64,000 bases of DNA from the human T2T-CHM13v2.0 reference genome, Homo sapiens: NCBI RefSeq assembly GCF_009914755.1, contig NC_060927.1. One strand, given 5' to 3'. Position numbers and translations under genes: made by a program. This document shows positions 12,701 to 26,959 of the stretch, in pieces. Each line of letters begins with the position of its first letter. Within the stretch, counting starts at the first letter, position 1. Under the pieces are notes generated by a model. That model ran no database searches and was not told the DNA's origin. It saw only the letters and a program-made list of their open reading frames with translations.

Positions 12701-15088
12701 CTGAGTTATATATTTCATATATCTTTTAATAGAACTATACATTTATATTTAGGTGGACTGTTCTAGAGTGTCTCTTTCACAATAAAATCCCATGTATATT
12801 AAAGTATGTAAACAAACAATACTTGTTCACAATTTTAGTAATTACAGTCATAGCAATGTTTTAACATTTTACATCACTATTTTTAAATCTAAGTATCTTG
12901 ATTTATTATAATAATTACTGACCTCACAGAAGGGCATGCTGTAACTTCTTAAGTATTTAGTTCCTATTATAACTTTACATTTCTCAGTGGAGACTCATAG
13001 TTTTACAATAGTTTTAGATAATTTTATTGGGACATATCATCTAAAGTAAATACATGCACTAGCCCAACTCCATAAAAGTTAAAACAGAGACAGAATTATT
13101 TATTTTCTTGGCATTAAAATAAGAACAATATTCAGAGTTTAGATTCTATTCTAATGTTGCTCCAATTAAAGTTACTATCAATGTTATAGATTATAAACAT
13201 TTTAAATATTTTTTTAAGCTATTCTTTGTTTTATTCTAATGTATCATTTGAGAAAATAATTATAGTTCCTTGTAATACATTTCTTTATTTTATTTATTAC
13301 ATTGATGTGATAAATTTAAATAGCTATCTTACCATTATGAAATAGTACTGCAACACATTTTTCAGTTTCATTAAGGATTATTTAAAAATTTTAGCCATGC
13401 ATCTGTCTACCCAATTTAAATAGGCTTATACAGGAAGGAAATCAGTCTATGTACAAGATTTCTTGCACAATAGATCTTGAATTATTTGTTCCTTGCTAAG
13501 GGTAAATCTCTCAAATAAACATTTTTCCCCTACTATCCATATCTCATTTAATAAACACATATTTATAAAACTACTTAAGATATCTTACTGTGGTATAAAA
13601 TATTTGTCCAGAATTTGGACAAGAACTTTAAATTGTTCCTGGTCATATATGTGACTATAGGATATAAGCGTAGGCATTACTTTGAGATAGTGGCCAGGAG
13701 TTTAATAGCTGTCTGCTTAGTGGGAAAGATATGCAACTAAATGCTCACGCTTTTCATTAGTTACTCTTGGCCCCTCCTTTGCTAAACTTCCTTTCTCATT
13801 TTAATGTATGCTGTTCTGCTTCTGCACCAACAGAGGACTCTATTTGTCGTTTGGTTAAATTCTAATTCTCCTGAAGCCTCCTGTTGGTAACATTAATTTC
13901 AAATTCAGTTAGTGGATTTCCTTTCTTAATGGCCAACTCCAATTGTGACATGTTGTTTATTTAATCTATCTGTCAACATAGAATGTTCAATGATAAATCA
14001 CTGGGACGTTTCTAGCTTATGCACTGTCATGTCATATTCCAACTGGTTGGTTTCGAAACAGCAGGATATTGTTTTCTTCTTCATTTCTTGGGTGTGTATT
14101 ATAAACTTTCCAGACAGTTCTGTCCTGGCCACTTACTGATTTGTGTCCACTAAAATGATTTGAATTTCCACATTTTGATAATTTGACTGTCACATTAGTT
14201 TTTAAGGTTTTTAACAGTTGGGTCCAGGTGCTCATTCCATTTTCACCATTAATTTCACCTTTGTTGAAAGCATTGCTGCATTTTTTTTGTTGTTGTTGTT
14301 TCTTTGTTGTAGCAATAAATAACTTCAGGACCAGGTGACAATGAATTCACTTGGGGCCAAAGTCAGGCCTGGTTACAAGCTCTGTGGGGAGACGTGCATT
14401 TATACATGGCTGGTTAAATTTTTACTTTAAAGTTTATTTTCAATGTCTTATTATTTATCAATGTATATCTTTAGAGCTTATAATTAATAAAGTTTACATT
14501 ACATGTAATACGTATACAATATGTCCCAGTATTTCTTTCCATACTCTATATCCTAGTGGCATCAAAATGACTTCAATGGTTTTTAAGACTTTTTACTTTG
14601 AGTTACTTTCAGAAATAAGTTATTTATTTAATTTAAAAGATCAAATGAATTCTAATGTACTACAAATAAAGCTATGATAGATGCATGGAATAATGAAAAG
14701 AGCTGACATACTTCAAACAACATTATTTATTGTCTTTCAGTGTGCACACTGATGCTCACTGTTTCACTCAAGTGTCATAACACTCACAGCAATAACATTT
14801 TAATTTTTTAACACTAGTTCATACCAAAGTACATTTATAAAAGTTGCTTTTTGCTTGATATATAATCCAAATGAATTTTCTTTGGCATCATACTATTAAT
14901 TTGTTGAAATACTATCCGGTGTCCAGGACTTTGGTTTCTTTTTGTTTTTGTGTGTTTGTTTGTTTGTCTTCAAACAGCTTTTTTTTTTTTATCATGAAAA
15001 GGTTTCAAGTGAATAAATTATCTGACATTCAGTTTCTAAAAGTTACATATTTTTCCATATCTTTTGAGCTGGTAAATAGCCTTCTTTA

Positions 15089-15469
<381 letters not shown>

Positions 15470-15834
15470 CTAGCTGTTCTTAAAAACTGTGAGGAAAAGT
15501 TTTGTTTTGACCCTACTTATGTCTTTATCACAAATATTCTTTTTTAAAAAAGAACAGAAACAACTTTCTGCTTATCCATATTATATCAATTTAGCAGTAG
15601 TCTGCAGCTGTAAGACAGGCAATTAGCAAGTCTTTCAGTATGTTCACAATTGTTTAAAAATTACACATTAGGCGTTTTCACAAACACTTCATTAGGCCAT
15701 ACATAATGCAGTTCACATATTATTTTCATTTAAAACGTAACCATAAGTATAAATGAACACACATACACACACACACACACATATATCCACAAAAGACAAC
15801 CATAAGTATATATGTGTATAAATACGTATGTGGG

Positions 15835-16132
15835 GGCCAAGTGCAGTGGCTCATGCCTGTAATCCCAGCACTTTGGGAGGCTGAGGCAGATCGATCACGT
15901 GAGGTCAGAAGTCTGAGACCAGCGTGGCCAACATGGTGAAACCCCATCTATACTAAAAATACAAAAATTAGCCCGGTGTGGTGGCACATGATACCAGCTA
16001 TTCCGGAGGCTGAAGCAGGAGAATTGTTGAACTTCAGTGCAGTGGGCTGAGATTGTGCCATCGCATTCCAACCTGGGTGACAGAGCAAGACTCCATCTCA
16101 AAAAAATAAATAAATAAAATAAAATAAAATAA
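15835..16132 (+). mobile_element. AluS with small right-arm deletions
   Basis: Dimeric Alu with (AAAT)n tail, preceded by a CA/TA microsatellite. Confidence 0.93.
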
Positions 16133-16943
16133 GACTCACAAGTAGTAATTTACTATTTTACATGAATTGTGCTGGGTACTTTGTTATCTACTTCATTTGA
16201 TCTTAAGCTATAATCAGTCTAACAATTTCTTTAGAAATTAAGATGTTATATTCTGCTTATTTTATGTGAAAAATATTTTGATTGATTATATTTGTAATGT
16301 TTGTTAAATTAACTTTTTATGGTATAAAATATTTGTAAAACTAGAATAAAATAAATACATTTAATTATTCTATTAAATTTAATTAAATTATCTGTTTAAA
16401 GATATGGAAGTTATGATTGACCAATATAGCAATGTTGCCCAGGACAGTTCAAATTTAAGTATTTATCCATCAGATTGTTTATAGGAATCAAAGTTTAATT
16501 ACACAAATCACTCAAAACAAATATTTCAAAATTTGTTTGTCTTATAAAAGACAAATTCAAAGGTTGGACTGTAATTAAATGATAATGTATAATTTGTTTC
16601 TCAAATCTCATAAGTGCTGCACCATTCATACTATTTCATAATACATTACTATGTATTTTTAGCCTTTCTTCTATTTAATGTGAATATTTAATTATTTGTT
16701 TATCCTGAAATTACTGTTTGAGAGGATAGTATTTACGAGATGCAACATATATTATTAAAAAATATAATGAGTAGTACAAATAAGCTTGTAAATAATTAAA
16801 TGTTTTGATTTTTTTTTGAAGGGAAAGACAGGATGCCATCACAGTCAACACATAGAGCTACTCACCTAAAGATTCAATGTAATGTGAAACATCAGACCGA
16901 GCCTCTAAAATATCTCTAACTCTATTTATAGTTGATCTCTTTC

Positions 16944-17029
16944 AGTAAATGTTTGAGTATATTTCTGACCAGTTGTTACTTTCTAAAGAGTAAATGTTTG
17001 AGTATATTTCTGACCAGTTGTTACTTTCT
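16944..17029. repeat. Perfect 41-bp direct duplication, 4-bp spacer
   Basis: AGTAAATGTTTGAGTATATTTCTGACCAGTTGTTACTTTCT at 16944-16984 and 16989-17029. Confidence 0.95.
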
Positions 17030-17214
17030 GGCTGTCAGTTCTCAAATAATACAAACTCCCTGGGCCTCTTGCCATAATCCTCATGGAAGTAGTGAAGGGA
17101 ATGATAATATTGCAGAAAATAGAAGAGCAATGCAAAGATTCAAATAATGTCACAGCTGGAAAGAAAAATTATGTTTAGTGTTTGAGTTAGAAAGGCACTA
17201 CTGAGAACCTGGAT

Positions 17215-17380
17215 GTTATATTGGCTCACGTTGCCATAACAAAATGCCACAGACTGGGTGGACTAAGCAACAGAAATTTATTTCCTCACAATTCTGGAAG
17301 CCAAAAGTCCAAGACCAAAGTGTCAACAGGCTTAGTTTATCCTGAGGCCTCTATTCTTGGCTTGCAGAAGGCCACCTGTC
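17215..17380 (-). mobile_element. MLT1 (MaLR) LTR fragment
   Basis: TGCCATAACAAAATGCCACAGACTGGGTGG...AACAGAAATTTATTTCCTCACAATTCTGGAAGCC matches antisense MLT1A-C 3' end. Confidence 0.85.
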
Positions 17381-18867
17381 GCTGTAACAACCCCAACAAC
17401 CAGCATAGCAGCAAACTGGGCATTTATAAGTACTGCTTAATAAAAGACTCAAGTTAAAATAGATAGCAAATAGCAAAAACATGCTATTCATATAATTGGT
17501 TCGCTTCTTCAGAAATAATTACCAAGTATCTTTTTAGTCAAATCAAGTGAGGACAAATGTGGGGCTCCCAAACCAATACCCATCCTCTGAGGGAGAGACA
17601 ATCATTTTGGAGCCATTCTAAAGGAAATTGTTTCAAAATTTCTAGTAAACATGGGACCAAGCTGATACCCACTTAGCACATTTGTTCATGCTAAAAATAA
17701 CTATGACTGATGAGTGAAAAGCACCCCAGCATCTGAATACAGGTGGTTTGACTGTAAATGACCCATACTTTGGCTACAAACTTAGATGTCCTCAAGTTTA
17801 ATCCCATGCTTAGAAGAGTCACACCAGAAAAGAAATCTTCGATGATATTTTCTATACTTCAAGAGCTATTTTTCTAGCTTATGGGTTTGTCCTTATATTG
17901 AGAGTTGTTCTTAAGAATGGGAAAATGATTTATGAGGAAGCAGCTTGAAAGAGAAACATCATGAGACATTATTTATATTAATTGGAGGTTTATATTATAA
18001 AAGTATCCTTAAGAACATTGCTTCATTTGGGTACTGAGATCAGTTGCTTATGACAGGAACTCTAAGGAAGTAGAGTTGCAGCTCACAGGGCAATTGAGGG
18101 GAAATTATTTATCTGTGTATGAATTAAAGGAAAAAATGAGGCTATCTAAATATGTGGTACTATATAAGGAAAAAATAGGAGTAAAAGCAAAAGGAAAATG
18201 GAAAAACAATCAAAGATCTACCCCAAGAATGACATTAATGACAATGTTAGACAATTCTAGAAGCTTGTCATTTTCCCATTATATTTTGTAACTTACTTTG
18301 GCCCGTGTTTCTACAATGTGATTACAGAAAAAAAGGGTATACATGCTCCTTTTGGGAGAAAGCAATACATAGGGTCTCAGAACTATTTACAGTTGGCCCT
18401 GTCCATTTGCATAATTTTGAATGACTTCTCCTTAAGGCAAACAATGTCTTTAAAATATGTGCTTATAAATGTGTGCAGGACCACATCATGAAAACAAGAG
18501 TTAAGTTGAAAACTTTCATATGACATACGTTATCATCTGAAATGGGAAAATCAAGCATAGGATCACTGAAGCAAGCAAAATAACATTAACCTTTACTGAA
18601 TTTTTAAAATATAATAATGCAAGTAAACTTACAATGAACCAGAAAGGCTATTCACAGGAATGATAATATTACCTTTGAGTTACAACAGCAATTTTTTTTT
18701 TGCTGTTGTTGTTAGTTTATATGTCAGGTATGAAAGCTCTAAGTGCCAATGAATCAGCCAAAATTTTCAAAATGAAAGAAAGGAAGAGAATAGTATGATT
18801 TAAATGTTATAAAGAGAAATAATTTATATACAGGGTTATGAGAGGTTATTAAAATTTCTCAAAGTTG

Positions 18868-19120
18868 AGCTAGATGCTGTGGCTCATGCCTGTAGTCCCA
18901 ACTGCTCGGGAGACTGAAGAGGGAGGATCACTTGAGCCCAGGAGGTCCAGACTATCTAAATATGTGGTACTATATACTAAATACATGGTACTATATTTAA
19001 GGCTACAGTGAGTCATAATTTTGCCACTGTCCAGCCTGGGCAACAGAGTGAGATCCTGTCTAAGAAAAGACAGAGAAAGAGAAAGAGAGAAAGAAAGAAA
19101 GAAAAAGAAAGAAAGAAAGG
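18868..19120 (+). mobile_element. FRAM/AluJ right monomer with an internal ~50-bp insertion and GA-rich tail
   Basis: GGAGGATCACTTGAGCCCAGGAGGTC [insert] AGGCTACAGTGAG...CAGCCTGGGCAACAGAGTGAGATCCTGTCT. Confidence 0.88.
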
Positions 19121-19199
19121 AATTACACAAAGTAATAATTGAGAACATCTCCAAACTGTTAATTGCAATGAGCTAAAGTATACCTATTTTATATTTTGA

Positions 19200-19530
<331 letters not shown>

Positions 19531-19754
19531 ATCTTTTTTTTTTCTTTTTTTTTTTTTTTTCCATTAACAGATTTGGCTTCTCTAGTTACCTAAAATGGAG
19601 CAATGATGCAAAGGTATAGTGATGGAATGAGTCACGCTAATGAGTTCCTTCCAGGCAATAACTCCATTTTATTTGACTTTATTTCTTTAGAACTAATGGG
19701 TCACTGGCTAAGAAATACAAGATAAAAACTAAATGTTTAAATAATGATATTGAA

Positions 19755-19990
19755 CTGAGTACTAAGGAACATAATCGTCCGAGCCAGACAGCCTTATTTC
19801 AATTTCTGGAGCCATCATTTACATGTTGAGTTGTCTAGAAAAAAGTTATCCAATCTATCAGAGCCTTATTTTCCCTTTCTTTAAGATAAGAATGCCCCAA
19901 CTTTCTCAGGTTGTTGTAAAGATTAAATGAGGTTATGTAAATATTGAATAAATGTTGGCATAGGAGCATATGGTCAGTACTTCACTAGTG
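19755..19990 (+). mobile_element. MIR
   Basis: Core motif GGTTGTTGTAAAGATTAAATGAG with upstream GAGCCAGACAGCC. Confidence 0.6.
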
Positions 19991-20207
19991 ACAGCTGTTG
20001 TGAGTAAACTCCTCTGGTTTTTAGGACGCTCCTACTCCCCAGGACTACTCCCTAAACCTCAACTAAAATGCCACGTGCCCCAGGAAGGCTATGTCACCTA
20101 TCCCTAGGCTAAATTGCTTCTCTTCTCTAGTCACTTTAAGACCATTAATTTTATTTAGAGTAATTATTATTGCACATACTTGCAATTTTTATATTTTTGC
20201 TTTTGTG

Positions 20208-20300
20208 CAGTAAACCACCATGGCACACGTATGCCTATGTATCAGACCCGCACATTCTGCACAAGTATCTCAGAACTCAAAGAAAAAAAAAAAGAAAGAA
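20208..20300 (+). mobile_element. L1PA 3' terminal fragment
   Basis: AAACCACCATGGCACACGTATGCCTATGTA...GCACATTCTGCACA followed by A tail. Confidence 0.85.
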
Positions 20301-20317
20301 AACAAACATATATTTAA

Positions 20318-20562
20318 TAATGCAATATGGTGACTACAGTCGATAATAATTGTATATGTTAAAACAGTTTAAAGAATGTACGTTAATTATTTGTAACTCA
20401 AAGAATAAATGCTTGAGGGGATGGAGACTCTATTCTCCATGATGTGCTTATTTTACATTGTATGTCTCTAACAAAATATCTCATGTATTCCATAAATATA
20501 TACACTTACAATGTACCCACAAAATGTTAAAAATAATAAAAAGTAAAAAATAAAAAATAAAA
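20318..20562 (+). mobile_element. L1MA (L1MA2-like) 3' end
   Basis: AATAAATGCTTGAGGGGATGGA...CCATAAATATATACAC...TGTACCCACAAAA plus A-rich tail. Confidence 0.85.
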
Positions 20563-22884
20563 CAGTTTTCTAATAAAATTTTGGGCAAGATATTATGAAC
20601 CATCTAAAAGATAATTCTGTCTAAATTCTTTTAGATAGACCAATCTACATCAGCCCAAAAATGATAGACATATTGTATATTTCTTATTACTTTTTTGGTC
20701 AGAGTATGAACTAGATAAATATTGAGATGTCCAGTTATTATGAAATTCTAAATTTTTCTAAAGTTTTAAAAATACATTGCTCAAAATTTAAAATCAATTG
20801 ATAAATTAAAAATAGATTGACTTATGAATATATGGTTATTTGTTAAGATAATGAAAATGTAATAAATTCTTATTTTTAATGCTGCACTGGCAATATCAAC
20901 TCTATAGCAAAAGGATATTTTATACATTTTTTTCTAACAATATTTATAATTTTGAGAATCTCCCTGAAAAGAAAATAAAAACAAATCCGTTTCTGTGCCC
21001 CCCCCCAATAACTGATATAATATTTTAGGCAATAAATGGAGTAGAAATGTCAGCTATGTGGTACTGGAAACTCGCTTTCTTGTTTAATCAAAAAATTAAG
21101 AAAATCCTAAGAATCACACAATCTATCATTATTTTAATATCTCAATCAGATACTTCAACAGAGTAGAAATTTTTGAGATTCTAAATTATCAGAGAAACCT
21201 TGACATTCTTTAATTATTTCATCATGTTTCAGCCTGAGAAAGTTACTTAGTTTGCTCCTTGATGTTTGAGTGTTGATGTCATGAAATATTCCTAGAAATC
21301 TATTCAGTTATTTTTTGAAAAAGTAAAATTAAATTAAAATAAAAACAATACATCTTACTGCTCAGCCAGCAGCAATTTTTATAGTGGTTACTATGTTTTC
21401 ATTTTAAACTTTTCATGGGTAAACAAAACAAGCACTATTTAGAGATTCTACCTAGATAGTAGATATACATATTTGTGTAAAGCCTTAGAAATAAATGCCA
21501 AGGATATTTTTTTCTTTTTAGTGACTTTGAAATGTCAGTCATTAAGGCTATTATAAAAATTGGGATTTCTAAAAGTATGAAAACAACCTAAAATGAATTT
21601 CTTATTTTTGTCATTTATGTGAATGATTTATTTTTAGAAAATGAAACATTTCTCTAAGAAAACATTCTAACAATTTTATATAATTAAATTGAATGAATAT
21701 AAATAATAATTACATTAAACTAATGCATTATGTAGACTGTTACATTTTAAAATACTAACATAGTAGATGTATGAAAACTTACAGATTACTTTGAGGAAAC
21801 TTGAATCTATCCACTATAATACCAAATAAGATGCATTATTTCTGTAATGAATTAATTTACCATGCCTTCGTTTTAACAGTCTTATTTATTGTTTAGTAAT
21901 ATCAGATGAGGAATTATACATCATGCCTTAACTTGAGTTTATTTGACTTACAAGAAACTCATAGTAATGTCACCTTGGTCTATCAGTGAAAAAGGCGTTT
22001 TACAAAATATTTATGGATTATGGAATTTAACAATTTTAACCACTCAAGCCCCAAATTTTTATGTACTGTTTTTATTAAAAGTCTTTCTAAAATTCAAAAT
22101 GTTTCTATGATTTCTGTATAAATACTCTGACTATGCTGTTAACTTCCATTAAATGACTATGTTATATTGATGAAAATTACTTAAAATGTTTTGCTGACAT
22201 ATGTGTGTGTGTAATTTTCAATACAAAAGACTAGACTTAATCCTAGCATTCACTCTTTATAATTTTATAATTCTTGAATGTGCTTTCTTTTTCCATCTTA
22301 TATCTCCTGTGATAGTAATTCTGCTGATATCTAGTTGGTCTTTCTCCAATATTCTGAATCTACAATATTCTATAGTTGGAAATCAAATACAATTCATGAT
22401 TTATATTTACATACGTTGAGTTAGAATTTCTGGATAAGGTATCAAGGTAATTTCTATAACCATAAATAGTATAAGTTTTAGTTCATAAGCATGCTCTTAG
22501 CTTTCTTGGATGTCAAAAATAATTTTCTATTTCTAAGTTATTGCCTCTATTCTGAGGTTCCTGATATCAAGTCTCAATGTAAATGAGATGTCTGTATATA
22601 CATGTTAGTCATTGTTACTTGGCAAGGCAACTAAACAGAAGCAGAAACTATTGTGGAAGGAATCTTCGCATATAAATTAAATATCTTATATTTAAGTAAT
22701 ATGGTATTATAAAATAAGTCTGGTGCATATTTAGGGAGCAAATTTATCTTTTTAAAAGTTCTAGAATCCTTAAAGGATGATACACTTGGAAAATAAAGCA
22801 ATAAAGTATTATGAACTGAACCAACAAATATAAAAAATATAAATTGATGTTACAACAACAACAACAAAACATACTTCAACTCAC

Positions 22885-23200
22885 AGATAATGGTGGCCAT
22901 GTGACCCAGTTTTGGTAAATAAGATGAAAGCAGGAGTAAATAAATATTCTAGGAACGTTTCTACTTTTCTGATAAAAGAAACAGACTTGACTATTACTGC
23001 CCCTTTCTCCATCTTAAGCATTGATTTAATGTCTGGAGTTTGACAATTATTTTATAACTAGGAAGGAAAAAAATACATTGAGCAGAATCGGGAAGATTCT
23101 GTCTCTGACATCATTAAGGGGCTTACCCAAGGTCAGTGACGCTCTGCTTCCAGACTTGTTCCAAATAGTATTCCTGAATGATAAAAGCATTAGCTAGGAT
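22885..23200 (+). mobile_element. Ancient ERVL LTR fragment (LTR16/LTR33-like)
   Basis: GGCCATGTGACCCAGTTTTGGTAAATAAGATG resembles the LTR16/33 core; orientation tentative. Confidence 0.4.
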
Positions 23201-23329
23201 TCTTTATAAACAGAGATAAAATGGACAAACCTTGAAGACAAATGTGATTGTATTTTGGCAACTTTTGTTATGAATCTTTGTTGAAATAAATGGTATCTGT
23301 AGTATAGCATAAACTCAGTCTTCTCTAAT

Positions 23330-23560
23330 ATAGAGTAGACAGTATTGGCAAAAGCAGGTTCAGTTGTCTGACATGATATGTTTAAGTTCCAAGGATGTCA
23401 CTTCTAGCCATGTGACCTTGGGTAAAATTTAGGTAGCCGCAGATACCTCAAGCTCCTCTGTGATTGCCATTAATAGTTGTACCTACCTCATAATCATGGG
23501 CCAGATTAAATGACTAGTGCACATAAAACTTGCAGCACAGTGTCTGGTATTTTTTATTTG
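23330..23560 (+). mobile_element. MIR
   Basis: CACTTCTAGCCATGTGACCTTGGGTAA...TACCTACCTCA...GATTAAATGA...GCACAGTGTCTGG. Confidence 0.7.
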
Positions 23561-23883
23561 TAGTATATTATTAGTTAGAGATATTGATTATCTTATAGGC
23601 TATATAAGAGTAAGTAAATTCATAATAATGAGAATTTCCTTAAATTAAATTATACTGCCTTTTGAAGTCAAAATTTACATGATTATTTAGGCATTTATTA
23701 AGTGTTTACTAAGTATCTGGAACTCTACTAGTTGCTAGAAACACAGAGATAATTAGAACATAATTCTTTCAGGAAATCTGAAGTAGCAAGGAAGATGAAG
23801 ATTAAAAACAAAAGCATGGTAAATCCAAGAATGTACTTACAAACATGGTTTGGAAGGAGTAAAAAGAGAAGTATATTTAACTC

Positions 23884-23927
<44 letters not shown>

Positions 23928-23964
23928 TATACATATACACATATGTATACATTATACATATACA
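23884..23964. repeat. (TA)n(CA)n compound microsatellite
   Basis: Directly visible. Confidence 0.9.
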
Positions 23965-25062
23965 CCAGGGAAGTCCCATCAGATATTTGCAATGAGTATT
24001 AATGAAAATTTAGGATAGAGGACAAGGAAGAATATGACATTTTCAGCAGAGGAAAAGCACTTATAGAGTCCAAGAGTTGCACAGCACAGCAACATGTTTT
24101 GGAAAATAAAACCTTTAATGCATGGCTGTGACAGAGGCTTATCAGGTGAAGTAACAAAGATGAAATAGAATATATCCCTGGAGTCAGATTATGAAAGTTC
24201 TCATATAGCTCTCAAAGGTTAGATTTCAAATCAGTATAAAGAGTGGTTTTCAAATTATATTTCATAGAATCTATCTATTCCCCAAAGCCTCTAAGGGCTG
24301 CTAGATTGTGTGAGAAGAAGGAAAAACAGGTATAGTTTAGGGATCATTCCTCAATTTAACCCATTGCTATGGCTTTAAAACAAAATACATAACACAGATT
24401 CATAACTAGGTATTCATACAGAATTATTTTTGAAAAGGGGAAAATGCTTTCAAAAAAGTAAAGGATTGATTATCAAATAATATGGTCATCTTTTTATATT
24501 TTTCACACAAATTTTTTTTTCTGGCAAGGATGCAGGGATGTTCCTGTGAGACATATTAATAATCAACCTGAGAAATGAGATAATGTGGACCCAAAATAAG
24601 GCTCTAGAGAAATGGGAATGGAGAACAGCTGGCAGTTGTGATACATATGAGAGATAGTACAGACAGTTTGGGAGACTTCATACAAAGGTCTTCAACATTT
24701 TTTCACTTATGCCTTCCACAAGCAATGTTGAAATACTTTTATCTGTCTTTCTATGTTATTACATTGATTCGTATATTTTTATGTTTAATTCATAAAAAAA
24801 GATAGAATAGCATTTTTAAAGGACATTCAAAAAAACTGTTCATTACTGTAAAATGTATACAGTAGAATCTAAATTCCATAGCAAATTGATTCCAACAATT
24901 ACTCACTTTAAATGCATTAAATACTGTTCTTTAACAGTTGTAAATTTTATCTCACTATTTTTACTTATTGAGTCTACTCTAATAAAAATATAACGCACTT
25001 GAAAATTTATATTGACCACTACATTATAGTCCTTTCCAATTTGAAATTTCCAGTTTCAAATT

Positions 25063-25203
25063 GCTGCATATAGTCCTTGGGGTTTATTTCTTATTTCATA
25101 AATTAAATTTGAGCAAGGAAGAATTCTTATTGATAAAATTGATTTAATAAGCATGAATATAGCCTGTGGTGAAAGGTAGGTGCACATAACACAAAATGTA
25201 AAA
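25063..25203 (+). repeat. Local ~141-bp duplication, copy 1
   Basis: Near-identical to 26230-26371 (about 5 differences by manual alignment). Confidence 0.95.
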
Positions 25204-26229
25204 ATTAATATTTTAAAATTATCTTCATCTTTTTGTGAACCTAAGATTCTTAGCATTAAATTTTACAGAATAAAATAGTACTTTGTCAAGGGTAAGTGAC
25301 AATATTGTCTACGCATGTAAGTACCTACCTATTTGTCAGTATTTATACCAGTGCAAAAAAATAGCATTTGAATATTTAGGAAGTCAATTTGTTTCTAAAC
25401 TTGTTTAAACTGCATATTGTTTTGTTATGAATAAATATTAGCATATGTTGATTCTGGTATGGCAAAACTGTGCACTTTTAGAGTTTAAAAGTTTTAAACT
25501 AGCATTTTAACATTTCTATAACTTTTAGGCCATTTGAATCTAAATTAGATTTTTCTTTCATTAAAATGAGGGAATATATATTGAATATGTTTTAACTACT
25601 TAACATTTGTTTAGTATAATTTTGGTTAAATTCATATAGGACAAAATGACAGCCATGCAATCATCAAAATAATGTAAGTAATATGCTGTTGTAAATAAAA
25701 GTAATACATTTTAGATTTGAGTAAATTTTCTTCTGTTTTGTTCTAAGAAGAGTTGCTTCTACTCAAGTTTTAGGGAGAAAGATTGACTAATTCATCCCCT
25801 GCTATAACCCTTTAATAGCAAATGATCATAGAGGATCAGATGAAAGAAGTAGCTTCACGGAACAACCACTGGAGTGGGACAAGAGTAAAAGAGAACATTC
25901 AAAAGCCATTGCAAGCTGAAAGTCTCCAGTGGATTGGCTCCTGGGAAATTCACCGCCTTGGGGCAGAAGGAAGAATAGGAAAATTTACTATTTGATAGCT
26001 TTTCTTCCTAGTGTAAGCAGGAAGCTGTTTAAAGCTAAATAACCATGGAGACAGAGGAGTGTAATTTATAAGAGTAAAATTGTAATTAGCTACAGAAACT
26101 TGAAAACTAACTTCTGTGTACTTTTGAATTGGTTGTGTTTTTTATTGTCATCTCCCTTAAAAATTTCACATAAATGATGGAATGTAATTGAAGAATGCTA
26201 TTTGAACAGAATAAATGAAATTCTCAATA

Positions 26230-26371
26230 GCTGCATATAGTCCTTGGGGTTTGTTGTCTTATTTCATAAATTAAATTTGAGCAAGGAAGAATTCTTATTG
26301 ATAAAATTGATTTACTAAGCATGAATACAGCCTGTGGTGAAAGGTAGGTGCACTTAACACAAAATGTAAAA
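26230..26371 (+). repeat. Local ~142-bp duplication, copy 2
   Basis: GCTGCATATAGTCCTTGGGGTTT...AACACAAAATGTAAAA repeated from 25063-25203. Confidence 0.95.
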
Positions 26372-26959
26372 CTAGTGATGCAGGAAAAAATGTTTTAATA
26401 TATACTGAAAATTGAGAACACATTCAAAATACAATAGTATTTGTTTGGAATTTATATGCGGTTTTGAGCTACAGGTGCAAACATCATGGAATAACAATTG
26501 AAAACATTGGCATAGAATGTGGATTCTGTATAAATATTTTATATACTCATTCACAAATGTTCAATTTCTGCATTCAGTTCTAAAATCATTTCAATCTAAA
26601 ATGACTTATTTTAAAGATATTTTAGCAAAACAATATTTGCATGTATAATTTATACATTTGATTTTATGTTCTTGATGTTATACCTGTATTTCCAACAAGA
26701 AATATATTAAATATATTTATTCAGTTACTCTTTTCCTAATGAACACCAGTTCACAGTTGTGTGTGTGTGGGTGTGTCTTTAAATACAGATGTTTCATATG
26801 TTCTATATTTGTGGGTTTTTTACTTCTGTCATGTCCTCAGGTACATACAATGTGATATTTGGATTCCAGAAACTGTTATCACTCTTAATTCTTGTACTTA
26901 AACTGCACCAGAATGGAGATTATCCACTTTTCATTTCCTTCTCCTGAAAACACCTATAT

